This document shows positions 30,762-39,571 of a stretch of DNA of 64,000 nt, piece by piece; position 1 is the first letter of the stretch; every line of letters starts with the position of its first letter. The position numbers and the translations under genes are program-made. The DNA is from a virus. Location: positions 1 through 64,000 of the IMG/VR virus record IMGVR_UViG_3300044977_000070; one strand, 5' to 3'. Below the pieces are notes generated by a model. It did not search any database. It had not been told where the DNA came from and was given only the letters and a program-made list of their open reading frames with translations.

Positions 30762-32464
30762 TGAAGAAGCTTGCTGCATTGTTGCTGCTTATATTCTTTG
30801 CTTTTATTGAAACTGCGAGCGGGCAGCCAGTTATAACCCCGCCAGTTTTTATTCCGTCGTCTGGCAATGGTACTCATACGTTCACGCTCCCTACTGGGCA
30901 TTCCCTTCATTTCATTTCTACTACGGGCTCGGACTCAAATGATGGTTTGGCCCCAACCTCTGGCGGGGGACATGGGCCATGGCTGACACCAAATCATGTG
31001 ATCGACTGCGGGGACGTAATTCTTGTCGGGCCTGGGTCATACGGGAGCTCCGGGGCTGGTTCCCCGTTCACGGCCGGGAATTGGGGGAATGTATCCAACT
31101 GCCCGTCAACTACTGGTGGTATAGATGGCACTGGCGGAATCTATTTTGCGGTATTCCTGTGCGCCGGATCCGATTTGGTGAGTTGCAATGTAAATGGATT
31201 CGGTGGCAATGCCATCTGGCCAAACAGCACCGCTGGTGGTAATTGGTCAATCCAGGGGTTTCTTGGGACACAGAATGCAAACGCGTCGGATGGCACCTGT
31301 TTCTCAGCCGAAAACGACACGGACAATGGGGGGACAACGACTCCTCTAAACTATCTTGCATGGATGAATAACATTGCCTCAACCTGTGATCTTGGCGGGT
31401 TCGGAGTTGGGTCAGATATTTATCCAATGGGCGCGTGGGACCACGTTGCGGCGGTCGGTAACATTGGCTGGAACACGGCAGTATCGACAGGCGGTGGGGG
31501 CGGTATATGTGGTAGTAATATGTCCCTGATCGTTGCTCCTAGCGGCAGTGATCCAGGGACCCATACCTACACGGCTGGATGGTTCAGTTATTTTGGTAGG
31601 AACTCCGTGACCGGCAACGTGTGCCCGACCGGAAACTTCAATTCAGACGGCGAGGGGTTGATATGGGATTCCATTGCCCTGTCGGGTTATAACCATCAAG
31701 TCGTTGTTGAACAGAGTATAATGTGGCAGAATGGCAGTGCTTGTATCATGTTTTTCCCTGCTGGGAACGTGGCCGGTGATGACAAGGCGCAATATTATGC
31801 ATTCAATAATACTTGCGTAACCAATATGGCGGACCCGCATCATGTCGCCGGCGCGGAACTTTATCTTAATGGGGTGTCACCTACAACGACGGGTGTCTAC
31901 CATATTAACAACAACATTTTCCTAAACCCGTACATTTGCCCCGGAGGAATTGCCACATGTACAGGGGTGCAGGATGGGCAATGCGATCCTGGAAATACTG
32001 GTGTTTGCGCTGCTGCCGTGACGGGCTTTGGTGCAGTGTTGATCACGACCTATTCGTCACTGATCGATATCAGCGGGAATTACATCTTTGACAGCCATGT
32101 ACCGACCTCCAACAGTACTGGAGGCAACAATACATGGGTTGGGGACGCTGGGGGAACCCATTCCTGGGTATTCGGCACCAATACTTATGCTGATCCTGGT
32201 CTAGCGAACATAGCGTCCTTGCCGATTACGGCGCCGAATTGCACTGGGTTTAAGAAGGTTTATGATTGTATGGTAAATGCCGGCGTAATTGCAGCAGTGG
32301 CCAACTCGACAGGCGTCGGCTACCAGTCGCCCGGGCCATGCAAACCCAACCCATTTTACCCGACATGGCTCAAGGGAATGGACCATTTGGAAGCGTCTGG
32401 TTTTACCCTCAATGCGACGATTACTGAAGTGTATGGGAACATTAATCGCCCGTGCAATATGTGA
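30758..32464 (+). CDS. Sec-signal right-handed beta-helix (pectate-lyase-fold) protein, paralog 1
   Basis: 568 aa. Signal peptide MMKKLAALLLLIFFAFIETASG. STTGSDSNDG...PW...GDVILVGPGSY entry motif and NSDGEGLIWDS block. Confidence 0.6.
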   Translation: MMKKLAALLLLIFFAFIETASGQPVITPPVFIPSSGNGTHTFTLPTGHSLHFISTTGSDSNDGLAPTSGGGHGPWLTPNHVIDCGDVILVGPGSYGSSGAGSPFTAGNWGNVSNCPSTTGGIDGTGGIYFAVFLCAGSDLVSCNVNGFGGNAIWPNSTAGGNWSIQGFLGTQNANASDGTCFSAENDTDNGGTTTPLNYLAWMNNIASTCDLGGFGVGSDIYPMGAWDHVAAVGNIGWNTAVSTGGGGGICGSNMSLIVAPSGSDPGTHTYTAGWFSYFGRNSVTGNVCPTGNFNSDGEGLIWDSIALSGYNHQVVVEQSIMWQNGSACIMFFPAGNVAGDDKAQYYAFNNTCVTNMADPHHVAGAELYLNGVSPTTTGVYHINNNIFLNPYICPGGIATCTGVQDGQCDPGNTGVCAAAVTGFGAVLITTYSSLIDISGNYIFDSHVPTSNSTGGNNTWVGDAGGTHSWVFGTNTYADPGLANIASLPITAPNCTGFKKVYDCMVNAGVIAAVANSTGVGYQSPGPCKPNPFYPTWLKGMDHLEASGFTLNATITEVYGNINRPCNM

Positions 32465-32473
32465 GTATTCTGA

Positions 32474-33970
32474 ATGGCTACCAAAACTTTTTATTATCTT
32501 AACACCAATGCCGTAACGCCGAATTTCTACGGTAACTTGCAGGATGGCGGTTCAGCGCCAGCAACTGTACTTTCCACACGATTATCATGGACACCGGCAG
32601 CAGTCACGGCCCCATGTTTCTTCCGAGCACGTTGTGGCGCTACTGCAAACGCGACAGTTCACGCGACCACTTCATTTATTGACGCCGGCACGCCAAATTA
32701 TATTGGTCCGCAAATTGGGACTGGGACCACCAATACAACGGCTGGTGATTGTTTTGTCTCGCCGACCTCTTATCTAGGTTACTTTAATTCGGGTACTTGG
32801 ACCTTCAGCTTCAACTACCAGTCTAATGGCGGCGGTAATTTATCAATATCGATTAAAGCGAGAGTGTGGGCATGTAGGACCGCTAATGGCATTGATCTGG
32901 GCAATTCTACGTCAGGGCCTCGTGAGCTAACTGCCCTAAATGGCACATTGACTTTGGAATCTGGTGCAACTGGCGCAATGACCGGATCGGCCACGAATTT
33001 TCCGATAACCATTACTTGGACTGCCCCGACTATAGCGTTGTATAACGAATACCTATTTTTCCAGTTTGAGTGTCATGACAAAGTTGCTGGAGTATCTGGC
33101 CAAACTGCACAGTTGGTTGTGGGGAGTGGTTCCAATATTACAACCCCGAATTGGAATCCTGTCGCTGATCCATTGTCCGGCCGGCAGTGGGTTCAAAGCG
33201 CGTATTGGAACGGTGGAAGCGCCACTTCTCTAGCACCCGCATTCGCGAATGCTGTCACCTCTGGAAATGCCGTGATGGTTTTTTTTGGTGGTACTCAACC
33301 AGGTCCTAGGCCGACCGTAACTGTTACAGATAATGCAACCCCCGCGAATCTCTATACAGTCGTCACTACAATATGGACTGGCGATAGTGTTGATGGGGGA
33401 GATTTTTATGCTGGTATGGCCTACTGCTTGAATGTCAAAAATGGTCCCACTACTATTACTATTACAACTAGCGTGGCCTTTGGCGGCGTCGGCTGGGCTA
33501 GTATAGATGAGATCAGTGGGATTACCGGAACTTTGGACGGATATGTAATTGGAGATAGAGTTACAATCGGTACGAATCCCGGCTCGTGGCCAGCTGGGGC
33601 TAACAACATAACGACTGGAAATGCGCTTGGGTTCGGTGCTGCGACAACAGGTTATGAGGTCGGCGGTAAATTTGCCACTACGCAAGATGGGGATTTGATT
33701 TACTGCCAAGGCATGTCAGTCTCCGGGTATAATGTTGTGCCTGGAGATACAATATTAATGTGGCCTGGAAGTATTAATCACAACGCCGGATATGGAGGAT
33801 CATTCCTCGGTATTCAAACTACACACAGTTCGGATACTGCGGCAACTGCTGGAATGGGCTATAGCAATGATGAATTTATGCTTGGGGCAATGGCCTTTTC
33901 ACAGGCAAGCACGGCGATTCCTTATGATCCCTATATTTCGCAGCAGCTTGCGTCTATACTGGCTCAGTAA
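32474..33970 (+). CDS. hypothetical protein (beta-rich, two-domain)
   Basis: 498-aa ORF with no diagnostic motif. Confidence 0.5.
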   Translation: MATKTFYYLNTNAVTPNFYGNLQDGGSAPATVLSTRLSWTPAAVTAPCFFRARCGATANATVHATTSFIDAGTPNYIGPQIGTGTTNTTAGDCFVSPTSYLGYFNSGTWTFSFNYQSNGGGNLSISIKARVWACRTANGIDLGNSTSGPRELTALNGTLTLESGATGAMTGSATNFPITITWTAPTIALYNEYLFFQFECHDKVAGVSGQTAQLVVGSGSNITTPNWNPVADPLSGRQWVQSAYWNGGSATSLAPAFANAVTSGNAVMVFFGGTQPGPRPTVTVTDNATPANLYTVVTTIWTGDSVDGGDFYAGMAYCLNVKNGPTTITITTSVAFGGVGWASIDEISGITGTLDGYVIGDRVTIGTNPGSWPAGANNITTGNALGFGAATTGYEVGGKFATTQDGDLIYCQGMSVSGYNVVPGDTILMWPGSINHNAGYGGSFLGIQTTHSSDTAATAGMGYSNDEFMLGAMAFSQASTAIPYDPYISQQLASILAQ

Positions 33971-33981
33971 GGGTTAATCTG

Positions 33982-34317
33982 ATGACTGATTATGTTTTCG
34001 ATAGCGTCCAAGCTGCCCTAAAAGCCGGACTGCTTTCCGGGACGTTGGACGGTATACGCTACGAGCGTATCGACAGGAGCGAAAGCTATACGACGAGTCC
34101 TCCGGCACGGCTCATTATCGACAGCGATGGCGCGGTGTGGGGCCTGGGCAATGAGTACGTTTATAAAAAGGATGGGTATTTGGAGTTCAACGTCCTTCGC
34201 AATGATATTGATACCGGCGAGAACGCCGAGAAGATCGAGTATCGCGGGGGCATCATTTGGATCTATGGTTCGGCAGGTTGGCGTCACTTCTCCAGAAGTA
34301 GAAGGTATTTCATATGA
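33982..34317 (+). CDS. hypothetical protein
   Basis: 111-aa ORF. Confidence 0.45.
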   Translation: MTDYVFDSVQAALKAGLLSGTLDGIRYERIDRSESYTTSPPARLIIDSDGAVWGLGNEYVYKKDGYLEFNVLRNDIDTGENAEKIEYRGGIIWIYGSAGWRHFSRSRRYFI

Positions 34318-34616
34318 GAGGTCATGATTATCATGCGGGACGCCTCGTCCTGACAATTACTGTGATTGCGGTGCTTGTCCAAGCAGCATCCGCGCAATCC
34401 TACCAGTATCCGAGTTATCGGAATTACGAGTACTCCGAAGACCGTAATCCAATGCAGGGCGGCGGATACTCCAGCCGCGGCGATATCTGGTGGTCCGCGC
34501 CGCCATCCAGAAACTACACACCGTACCCGTATTACCCCAACATCCGGCGCCAGTATCAATACCAAGACTACTACAACCCGGGACGTCCGTTCCTCCCAGG
34601 AATAAACTACAGATGA
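34314..34616 (+). CDS. small secreted Tyr-rich protein
   Basis: 100 aa. LVLTITVIAVLVQAASA|QSYQYPSYRNYEY...; same AxA-Q-(Y/S)-Y junction and Y/P/R/G-rich mature part as 11538 and 13317. Confidence 0.55.
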   Translation: MRGHDYHAGRLVLTITVIAVLVQAASAQSYQYPSYRNYEYSEDRNPMQGGGYSSRGDIWWSAPPSRNYTPYPYYPNIRRQYQYQDYYNPGRPFLPGINYR

Positions 34617-34662
34617 CACGCGCCGGATAGGCCTTCGTGGCGGATCAAGGAAGTAGCCCAGG

Positions 34663-35847
34663 ATGAATGATATCCGCGCGAAGGTAAAAGGGAAGACGAT
34701 TGAGAACTTCCGCGGGTTCGATGGTACGCATGGCGTCGATCGTGCGAAAGCGTTGGCCGAGTGGGGAATGTTGGACGACGCGTTGAACGTGATCAATACA
34801 TGTCTTGTGCTTCAATCCGGAATGGATATCGCCTTGTTCAATCGGGGCGTGATACTTGCCAATATGGGACGATATGAGGAGGCCATCCCCGACTTTAACG
34901 ATGTGGTTATGTATCAGAATACGAATAAGACTCCCTCTGCTCATAAAGAGAATGCTATCTATGCGCGAGGTCTATGCAACCTTGCGCTTGGCAATCTTGA
35001 GGATGGGTTTCGGGAATACGAACCGCGTCGCCGCCATCTCACTGAGTTGCCTAAGCGACCACACTATACGGGTGCGGAGGATCTAAAGGGCAAGACGCTT
35101 TTCGTCGTTGGGGAACCTACGTGTTCCGAGAACTTGTTGTTCTCTCGTTTCCTGTCAAAGGTTCATTGTGATATTGCTTTTGCCGTTCCCCCTGCCCTGC
35201 AACTCATGTTTCACTGTTTCCCCGGCATTCGTCTCGTCAAGCATATGGACACGATTGGTTATTATGATTATTGGTGCACTTTAATGTCGCTTGCCGTGAC
35301 GTCCAAGGCGACTATGGAGACAATTCCACAGATTCCAAAGTTCGCGCTTCCTCTCGACAATACGATCCGCTGGCGCCCTGATATGGGGATTATGCAGTCC
35401 CGTCGTGTTGGTCTTTGTTGGTCGGGGCCGGAATGCCATGACAATGGGGATATGCCGCTTGAACTCATGTCGCCCCTCTTTGATTTGGAGGGCATCGAAT
35501 ACTTCTGCTTCCAGGACGAGGTGGTGGTAAGTGATCAGCCGGCATTCGATCGGCTTGACATATGGAATATGGGAAAGAAGTTTAAGAATTATATAGACGC
35601 CGCGTGCGCTCTCAAGTCAATGGATTTGTTGATTACGGTCGACAATGCCATTGCGCACATAGCCGCGACTCTGAATATTCCTTGCTGGGTTTTATTGCCG
35701 AAGTATAAGACGCATTGGTTGTGGGCAAGTAAGAAGAATGTTTGCCCGTGGTATCCTTCCGTACGCATATTTAGGCAGTATAAAGACGGCGATTGGTCAA
35801 CCGTAATCACGGAAGTCCAGAAATCCCTCGTCGAATTCTGTCATTAA
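34663..35847 (+). CDS. TPR-repeat + glycosyltransferase family 9-like fusion
   Basis: 394 aa. The N-terminus has TPR-like helices (RGVILANMGRYEEAIPDF..., ARGLCNLALGNLEDGF). The C-terminus (VGLCWSG ... MDLLITVDNAIAHIAATLNIPCWVLLP ... CPWYPSVRIFRQ) matches the heptosyltransferase-type GT9 signature. Confidence 0.7.
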   Translation: MNDIRAKVKGKTIENFRGFDGTHGVDRAKALAEWGMLDDALNVINTCLVLQSGMDIALFNRGVILANMGRYEEAIPDFNDVVMYQNTNKTPSAHKENAIYARGLCNLALGNLEDGFREYEPRRRHLTELPKRPHYTGAEDLKGKTLFVVGEPTCSENLLFSRFLSKVHCDIAFAVPPALQLMFHCFPGIRLVKHMDTIGYYDYWCTLMSLAVTSKATMETIPQIPKFALPLDNTIRWRPDMGIMQSRRVGLCWSGPECHDNGDMPLELMSPLFDLEGIEYFCFQDEVVVSDQPAFDRLDIWNMGKKFKNYIDAACALKSMDLLITVDNAIAHIAATLNIPCWVLLPKYKTHWLWASKKNVCPWYPSVRIFRQYKDGDWSTVITEVQKSLVEFCH

Positions 35848-35914
35848 AGCCCCCAACGGTGCGGGGTAGTGTCCGCGCTTCCTTCCACTTGAACATGCAT
35901 TAGGAGAAATACGC

Positions 35915-36409
35915 ATGTCCAGAGAGTTCTCGGTAGGAGGTGACGGCCTCACGATTACGGGTGCAAGCACGCTTGTATTCGTAAACCCTCACGCCGCGCC
36001 CGATCCAAACTTGTATATCTTGCGTCTGTGGACGTCCCAGTCCGGTACCTCCACGTCGGCTATGCAACGCGTCCAAGTCGAGACGCAGGCGGCGTTATTC
36101 CCAACCCTCACCTCGGCGACCCCGCAGCATTTGAAAACTGGAGATTCCATTGCCTCGATCATTGTCGGTGGGACGGCCGGCGCTGCGGGCACTGCGGGGA
36201 TCAATGCCAGCGCTGAGCTCAATGGCACCAAGACTGTTATGTACGGCGATAACTTCAACAATCTAAATGGGTATCTTTGGGTGCCCACCCCACGCGAGCA
36301 GATATCCTTGGCTGCGGGCTTTACCTCGGGATTGGGCCTGTTCCTGCCCTCGGCACCCGGCACGCTCACAGGATGGGCGGCTGGATGCAACTATGCAGAA
36401 GACCAATAA
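35915..36409 (+). CDS. hypothetical protein
   Basis: 164-aa ORF with an AGGAG ribosome-binding site. Confidence 0.5.
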   Translation: MSREFSVGGDGLTITGASTLVFVNPHAAPDPNLYILRLWTSQSGTSTSAMQRVQVETQAALFPTLTSATPQHLKTGDSIASIIVGGTAGAAGTAGINASAELNGTKTVMYGDNFNNLNGYLWVPTPREQISLAAGFTSGLGLFLPSAPGTLTGWAAGCNYAEDQ

Positions 36410-36452
36410 GTCATATCTGCCCGTTGTAATCTTTCAATAGAGGAGTAGAAGC

Positions 36453-36845
36453 ATGTCTTCACCATTTGTCGAGGCGCATCAGTTCAAGGGCGTCTCCCCA
36501 GATCCCGCCAAGGCCGAGATGGCGAACCGCGAGCTCGCCAAGCCTCGCGAGCGTCGTGACCCGCCATTCAATACGTTGGAGGGCGAGGATATGTTGCGTA
36601 AGATGTTGCAGCCGCCTCCGTATGACGGAAATCAGTCCGTATACTTCAAGGACGGAACGTCTTTCGACATCCAGGAGAAGCAGGGTCGTCAATATCTCGT
36701 GCTGCCGCGAGAGAATAAGCAGGTTGTGCACCAGCATGTCAATGTTGGTGAGTGGGTGTGTCAGCTTCCGTCCGGCAAGTTTATTAAGTTGTCGGATCAG
36801 GACTATCGGGCAATGGTCGGCGGGCCGACGTCTTCCGGCGTATAA
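36453..36845 (+). CDS. hypothetical protein
   Basis: 130-aa ORF with an AGGAG ribosome-binding site. Confidence 0.5.
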   Translation: MSSPFVEAHQFKGVSPDPAKAEMANRELAKPRERRDPPFNTLEGEDMLRKMLQPPPYDGNQSVYFKDGTSFDIQEKQGRQYLVLPRENKQVVHQHVNVGEWVCQLPSGKFIKLSDQDYRAMVGGPTSSGV

Positions 36846-36864
36846 CGCCTGAAAGGAAACTAGC

Positions 36865-39225
36865 GTGGGAATCTTCTACAACCCACCGCACCAAACTTCC
36901 TATCCGAACATAGGGGGTCAGCAACCGCTGACCCCTTCGAAGATTGCTGCCAATCCTGCAACCTACTTTGGTCCTTATAGTAGGAAGGGAATTTCCGACG
37001 CCGTGCAGACGGCGATAAATGATAGTTGGTACAATCCTTCAAATCCTTTCATTACGCTTCTTCTTGATGGTAATACAGAGCCCTACCAAGGTGCCGAACG
37101 TGTACCGCCAAGCGGACCAACGCCTCCGCTTCGTTCACAACAAGTCATTTATGATTCCTGGAACTATCCGCAGAATCCATTCGTTACTTTGATTCTAGAT
37201 AACAATGCTGAGCCTTATCAAGGCCCTACTTTGACACCTGCTATAACGGCTCCGGCGCCCCCTGCGATTCTTGCATTTGAGCCTACTCAACTTTTGTCTA
37301 TCATAGCAGCATACACTTCTAACCCCTTTTTGACTTTGCTTCTTGATTCCAACTCTGAGCCATATCAGGGGGCAGAACGAATACCACCGAGCGCCCCGTC
37401 GGCGTTTTCTCCCTTTGTCCAATCTCTTCAGGCTGTTTATAATTCGTGGCTCCCGTCAGATCTAATTCTGCTTCTTGATATCAGTACGGAGCCATATCAG
37501 GGACCTATTCTTCCGCCTCCGAGTGGGTTCACCCCTCCTCCGTTGTTTCCGTGGGCAATCTATAATTCCTGGAACTTTCAACCATTCTTTACACTTTTGC
37601 TTGATTCCAACACCGAGCCCTATGGCGCGCCGCAAACGATTCCTCCGAGTGGGTTCACGCCCGCCCCGACATTCCCCTGGCCGATCTATCACTCATGGAA
37701 TTATCCTCTAAATCCATTTTTGACTTTACTTCTCGATACGAACACGCAGCCGTACCAGGGGCCAGTTACCCCTCAGCCCCCGGTTGCGAATCCTCCGCCC
37801 CCGACTAATATCACTCAAATCTTAAGTCTCTATCAGCCGGAACCTCTTACTGTCTTTATATTGGAGATTCCGACTACTCTCATTACCTTCTTTCCCCCGG
37901 TTATTGGGAGTTCCGTTCCCGTAGCCGTCTTGGTTGCATGGCAACTCTATCAATATGCTTTGTACCAGCAGGCATTTCATGCTGCTACATTGCTTCCTGT
38001 TCCGACGCCTCCGCCTGCCGTGTCTAACTACAATGCCGTCATTGGGATATCGAATAGTTGGATTGCTGCAAACTACGCTTTGTATCAGCAATCGCCTCCT
38101 GTCAAGATTCCGTTCCCGCCGCCAATCAAATCTAACTTCAACTCGTTCATTCCGATAAACAATGATTGGCTCGCTGCGGGTTATGTCATTTATCAACAGT
38201 CGGGGCCGATCGCGGCTGATGTCCCTGTCCCGACACCTCCTCCTCCAGGTGCCAATGCGACGGCGACCCTTCCGGGACGTTTTCAATATTCTGACTTTAA
38301 TGTCCCGCCCCTGACGTGGATGGGTGCAGAACAGCCGCACACACCTTCTAAGATAGTGGACGTCCTGCCGCCGATCACGAATCCGCCCCCGGGCGCGAAC
38401 GCTATTGCGGCGTCTCCCGTTCGCCTTTGGTATGGCGATTACAACCCCCCTCCGCCGGTGTGGATGGGGGCGGAACAGCCCTGGACCCCGAATAGGCTGG
38501 CGGACGTTTTACCCGTCCCCACCCCTCCCCCTGTCGTCACAGCGACAGCGATCCCGCAGACGATTTATGGGACGTGGTATTACCAGCCGCCTTTGATCCT
38601 GTTGCTGGGACCGGGCAAGCAGCCTTTCTCTCCTGCTCAACTGACACCCCCGAGCGGCGCCGCCGCCCCGACGCGCGTCCCCCAAAGCAATGCAATGCAG
38701 GCAATTCTCGCCGCGTGGGAATGGCAGACGGTTGGCAGTCAGCCGCAGACGCTCCCATTGTCCATTCAACAGGTTGCGAAGCCGTTTCTTGCCCCGCCGT
38801 CGATCCAGGCGATCCTGGATAGTTGGCGCCCTGCGCCGCCGCCTTTGCCACCCCTGTCCCTTATTGCGGCGAGCATCTTTACCTTTCCGTCTCCACCTCC
38901 TGTCATAGGAAGCAGGGTTCCGGCGGCCGTTCTCGACGCGTGGATTCCCCCAGACCAAAATTTATATCAGTTTCAGCCCTCCACGACTATTTCCCCGACC
39001 CTTCCTATTCCAACGCCACCGCCTGTCATAGGGTCTTCAGTTGCCCAGGCCATATTGGATTCGTGGTACTATCAACCTCTGCCGTTGCCGCAGTTCTCCG
39101 GGTCTGTGACGGTTGGGCCTGTTCCAATCCCGATAGAGATCATAAGGGCGACTGTCACCGTGACGGCACAGTCTGCGGCTACGCTTATTAGGACATACGG
39201 CGCAAATGTAAAGTTGGACACTTAA
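36865..39225 (+). CDS. Pro-rich multi-repeat protein
   Basis: 786 aa with a GTG start. About 12 (I/V)(Y/L)xSW units, six of them followed by NPFxTLLLDxNTEPYQG and PPSG(F)TPxP linkers. Confidence 0.6.
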   Translation: MGIFYNPPHQTSYPNIGGQQPLTPSKIAANPATYFGPYSRKGISDAVQTAINDSWYNPSNPFITLLLDGNTEPYQGAERVPPSGPTPPLRSQQVIYDSWNYPQNPFVTLILDNNAEPYQGPTLTPAITAPAPPAILAFEPTQLLSIIAAYTSNPFLTLLLDSNSEPYQGAERIPPSAPSAFSPFVQSLQAVYNSWLPSDLILLLDISTEPYQGPILPPPSGFTPPPLFPWAIYNSWNFQPFFTLLLDSNTEPYGAPQTIPPSGFTPAPTFPWPIYHSWNYPLNPFLTLLLDTNTQPYQGPVTPQPPVANPPPPTNITQILSLYQPEPLTVFILEIPTTLITFFPPVIGSSVPVAVLVAWQLYQYALYQQAFHAATLLPVPTPPPAVSNYNAVIGISNSWIAANYALYQQSPPVKIPFPPPIKSNFNSFIPINNDWLAAGYVIYQQSGPIAADVPVPTPPPPGANATATLPGRFQYSDFNVPPLTWMGAEQPHTPSKIVDVLPPITNPPPGANAIAASPVRLWYGDYNPPPPVWMGAEQPWTPNRLADVLPVPTPPPVVTATAIPQTIYGTWYYQPPLILLLGPGKQPFSPAQLTPPSGAAAPTRVPQSNAMQAILAAWEWQTVGSQPQTLPLSIQQVAKPFLAPPSIQAILDSWRPAPPPLPPLSLIAASIFTFPSPPPVIGSRVPAAVLDAWIPPDQNLYQFQPSTTISPTLPIPTPPPVIGSSVAQAILDSWYYQPLPLPQFSGSVTVGPVPIPIEIIRATVTVTAQSAATLIRTYGANVKLDT
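37003..37779 (+). repeat. six divergent in-frame repeats of about 40-50 codons
   Basis: Repeat core SW-x(2-6)-PF(I/V/L/F)TL(L/I)LDxN(T/A/S)EPYQG is seen six times. Confidence 0.8.
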
Positions 39226-39561
39226 ATGGCCTTGTTCAAGACTATAATCTTCTATCGCGGATCGACAATTATTTTCCTGACTACGTTCACGGATCAGAAT
39301 GGCAATGTCATTCAACCGCCGTCAGGTCAGGTAAGCGTCAATTTCAGCTCACCGTCTGGACAACAGACGGCGGTTATCAACATGCTCCCACCCGGGTCAT
39401 TTGGAGGGGACCCGACGCAGTGGTATGCCGCCTGGGATAGTCGCGGCGCCAACCCTGGACAAGTGAACTGGTCGGTGCATTCCGGGGTACCGACGCCCGT
39501 CGTTGTGGCGGACGGGTGGTTTCAGTTGAACGCCAATCCTGCGAACTTAATCTCGTTCTAA
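39226..39561 (+). CDS. hypothetical beta-rich protein
   Basis: 111-aa ORF that abuts the upstream stop. Confidence 0.45.
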   Translation: MALFKTIIFYRGSTIIFLTTFTDQNGNVIQPPSGQVSVNFSSPSGQQTAVINMLPPGSFGGDPTQWYAAWDSRGANPGQVNWSVHSGVPTPVVVADGWFQLNANPANLISF

Positions 39562-39571
39562 CGGAGGGGTT

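Noticed and set aside
37003-37779. Possible CRISPR-like or satellite repeat array. The same question applies to 17273..17941.
   Set aside because: The repeats are in frame within long ORFs and diverge at the DNA level while being conserved at the peptide level. They have no regular repeat-spacer geometry and there are no cas genes nearby.
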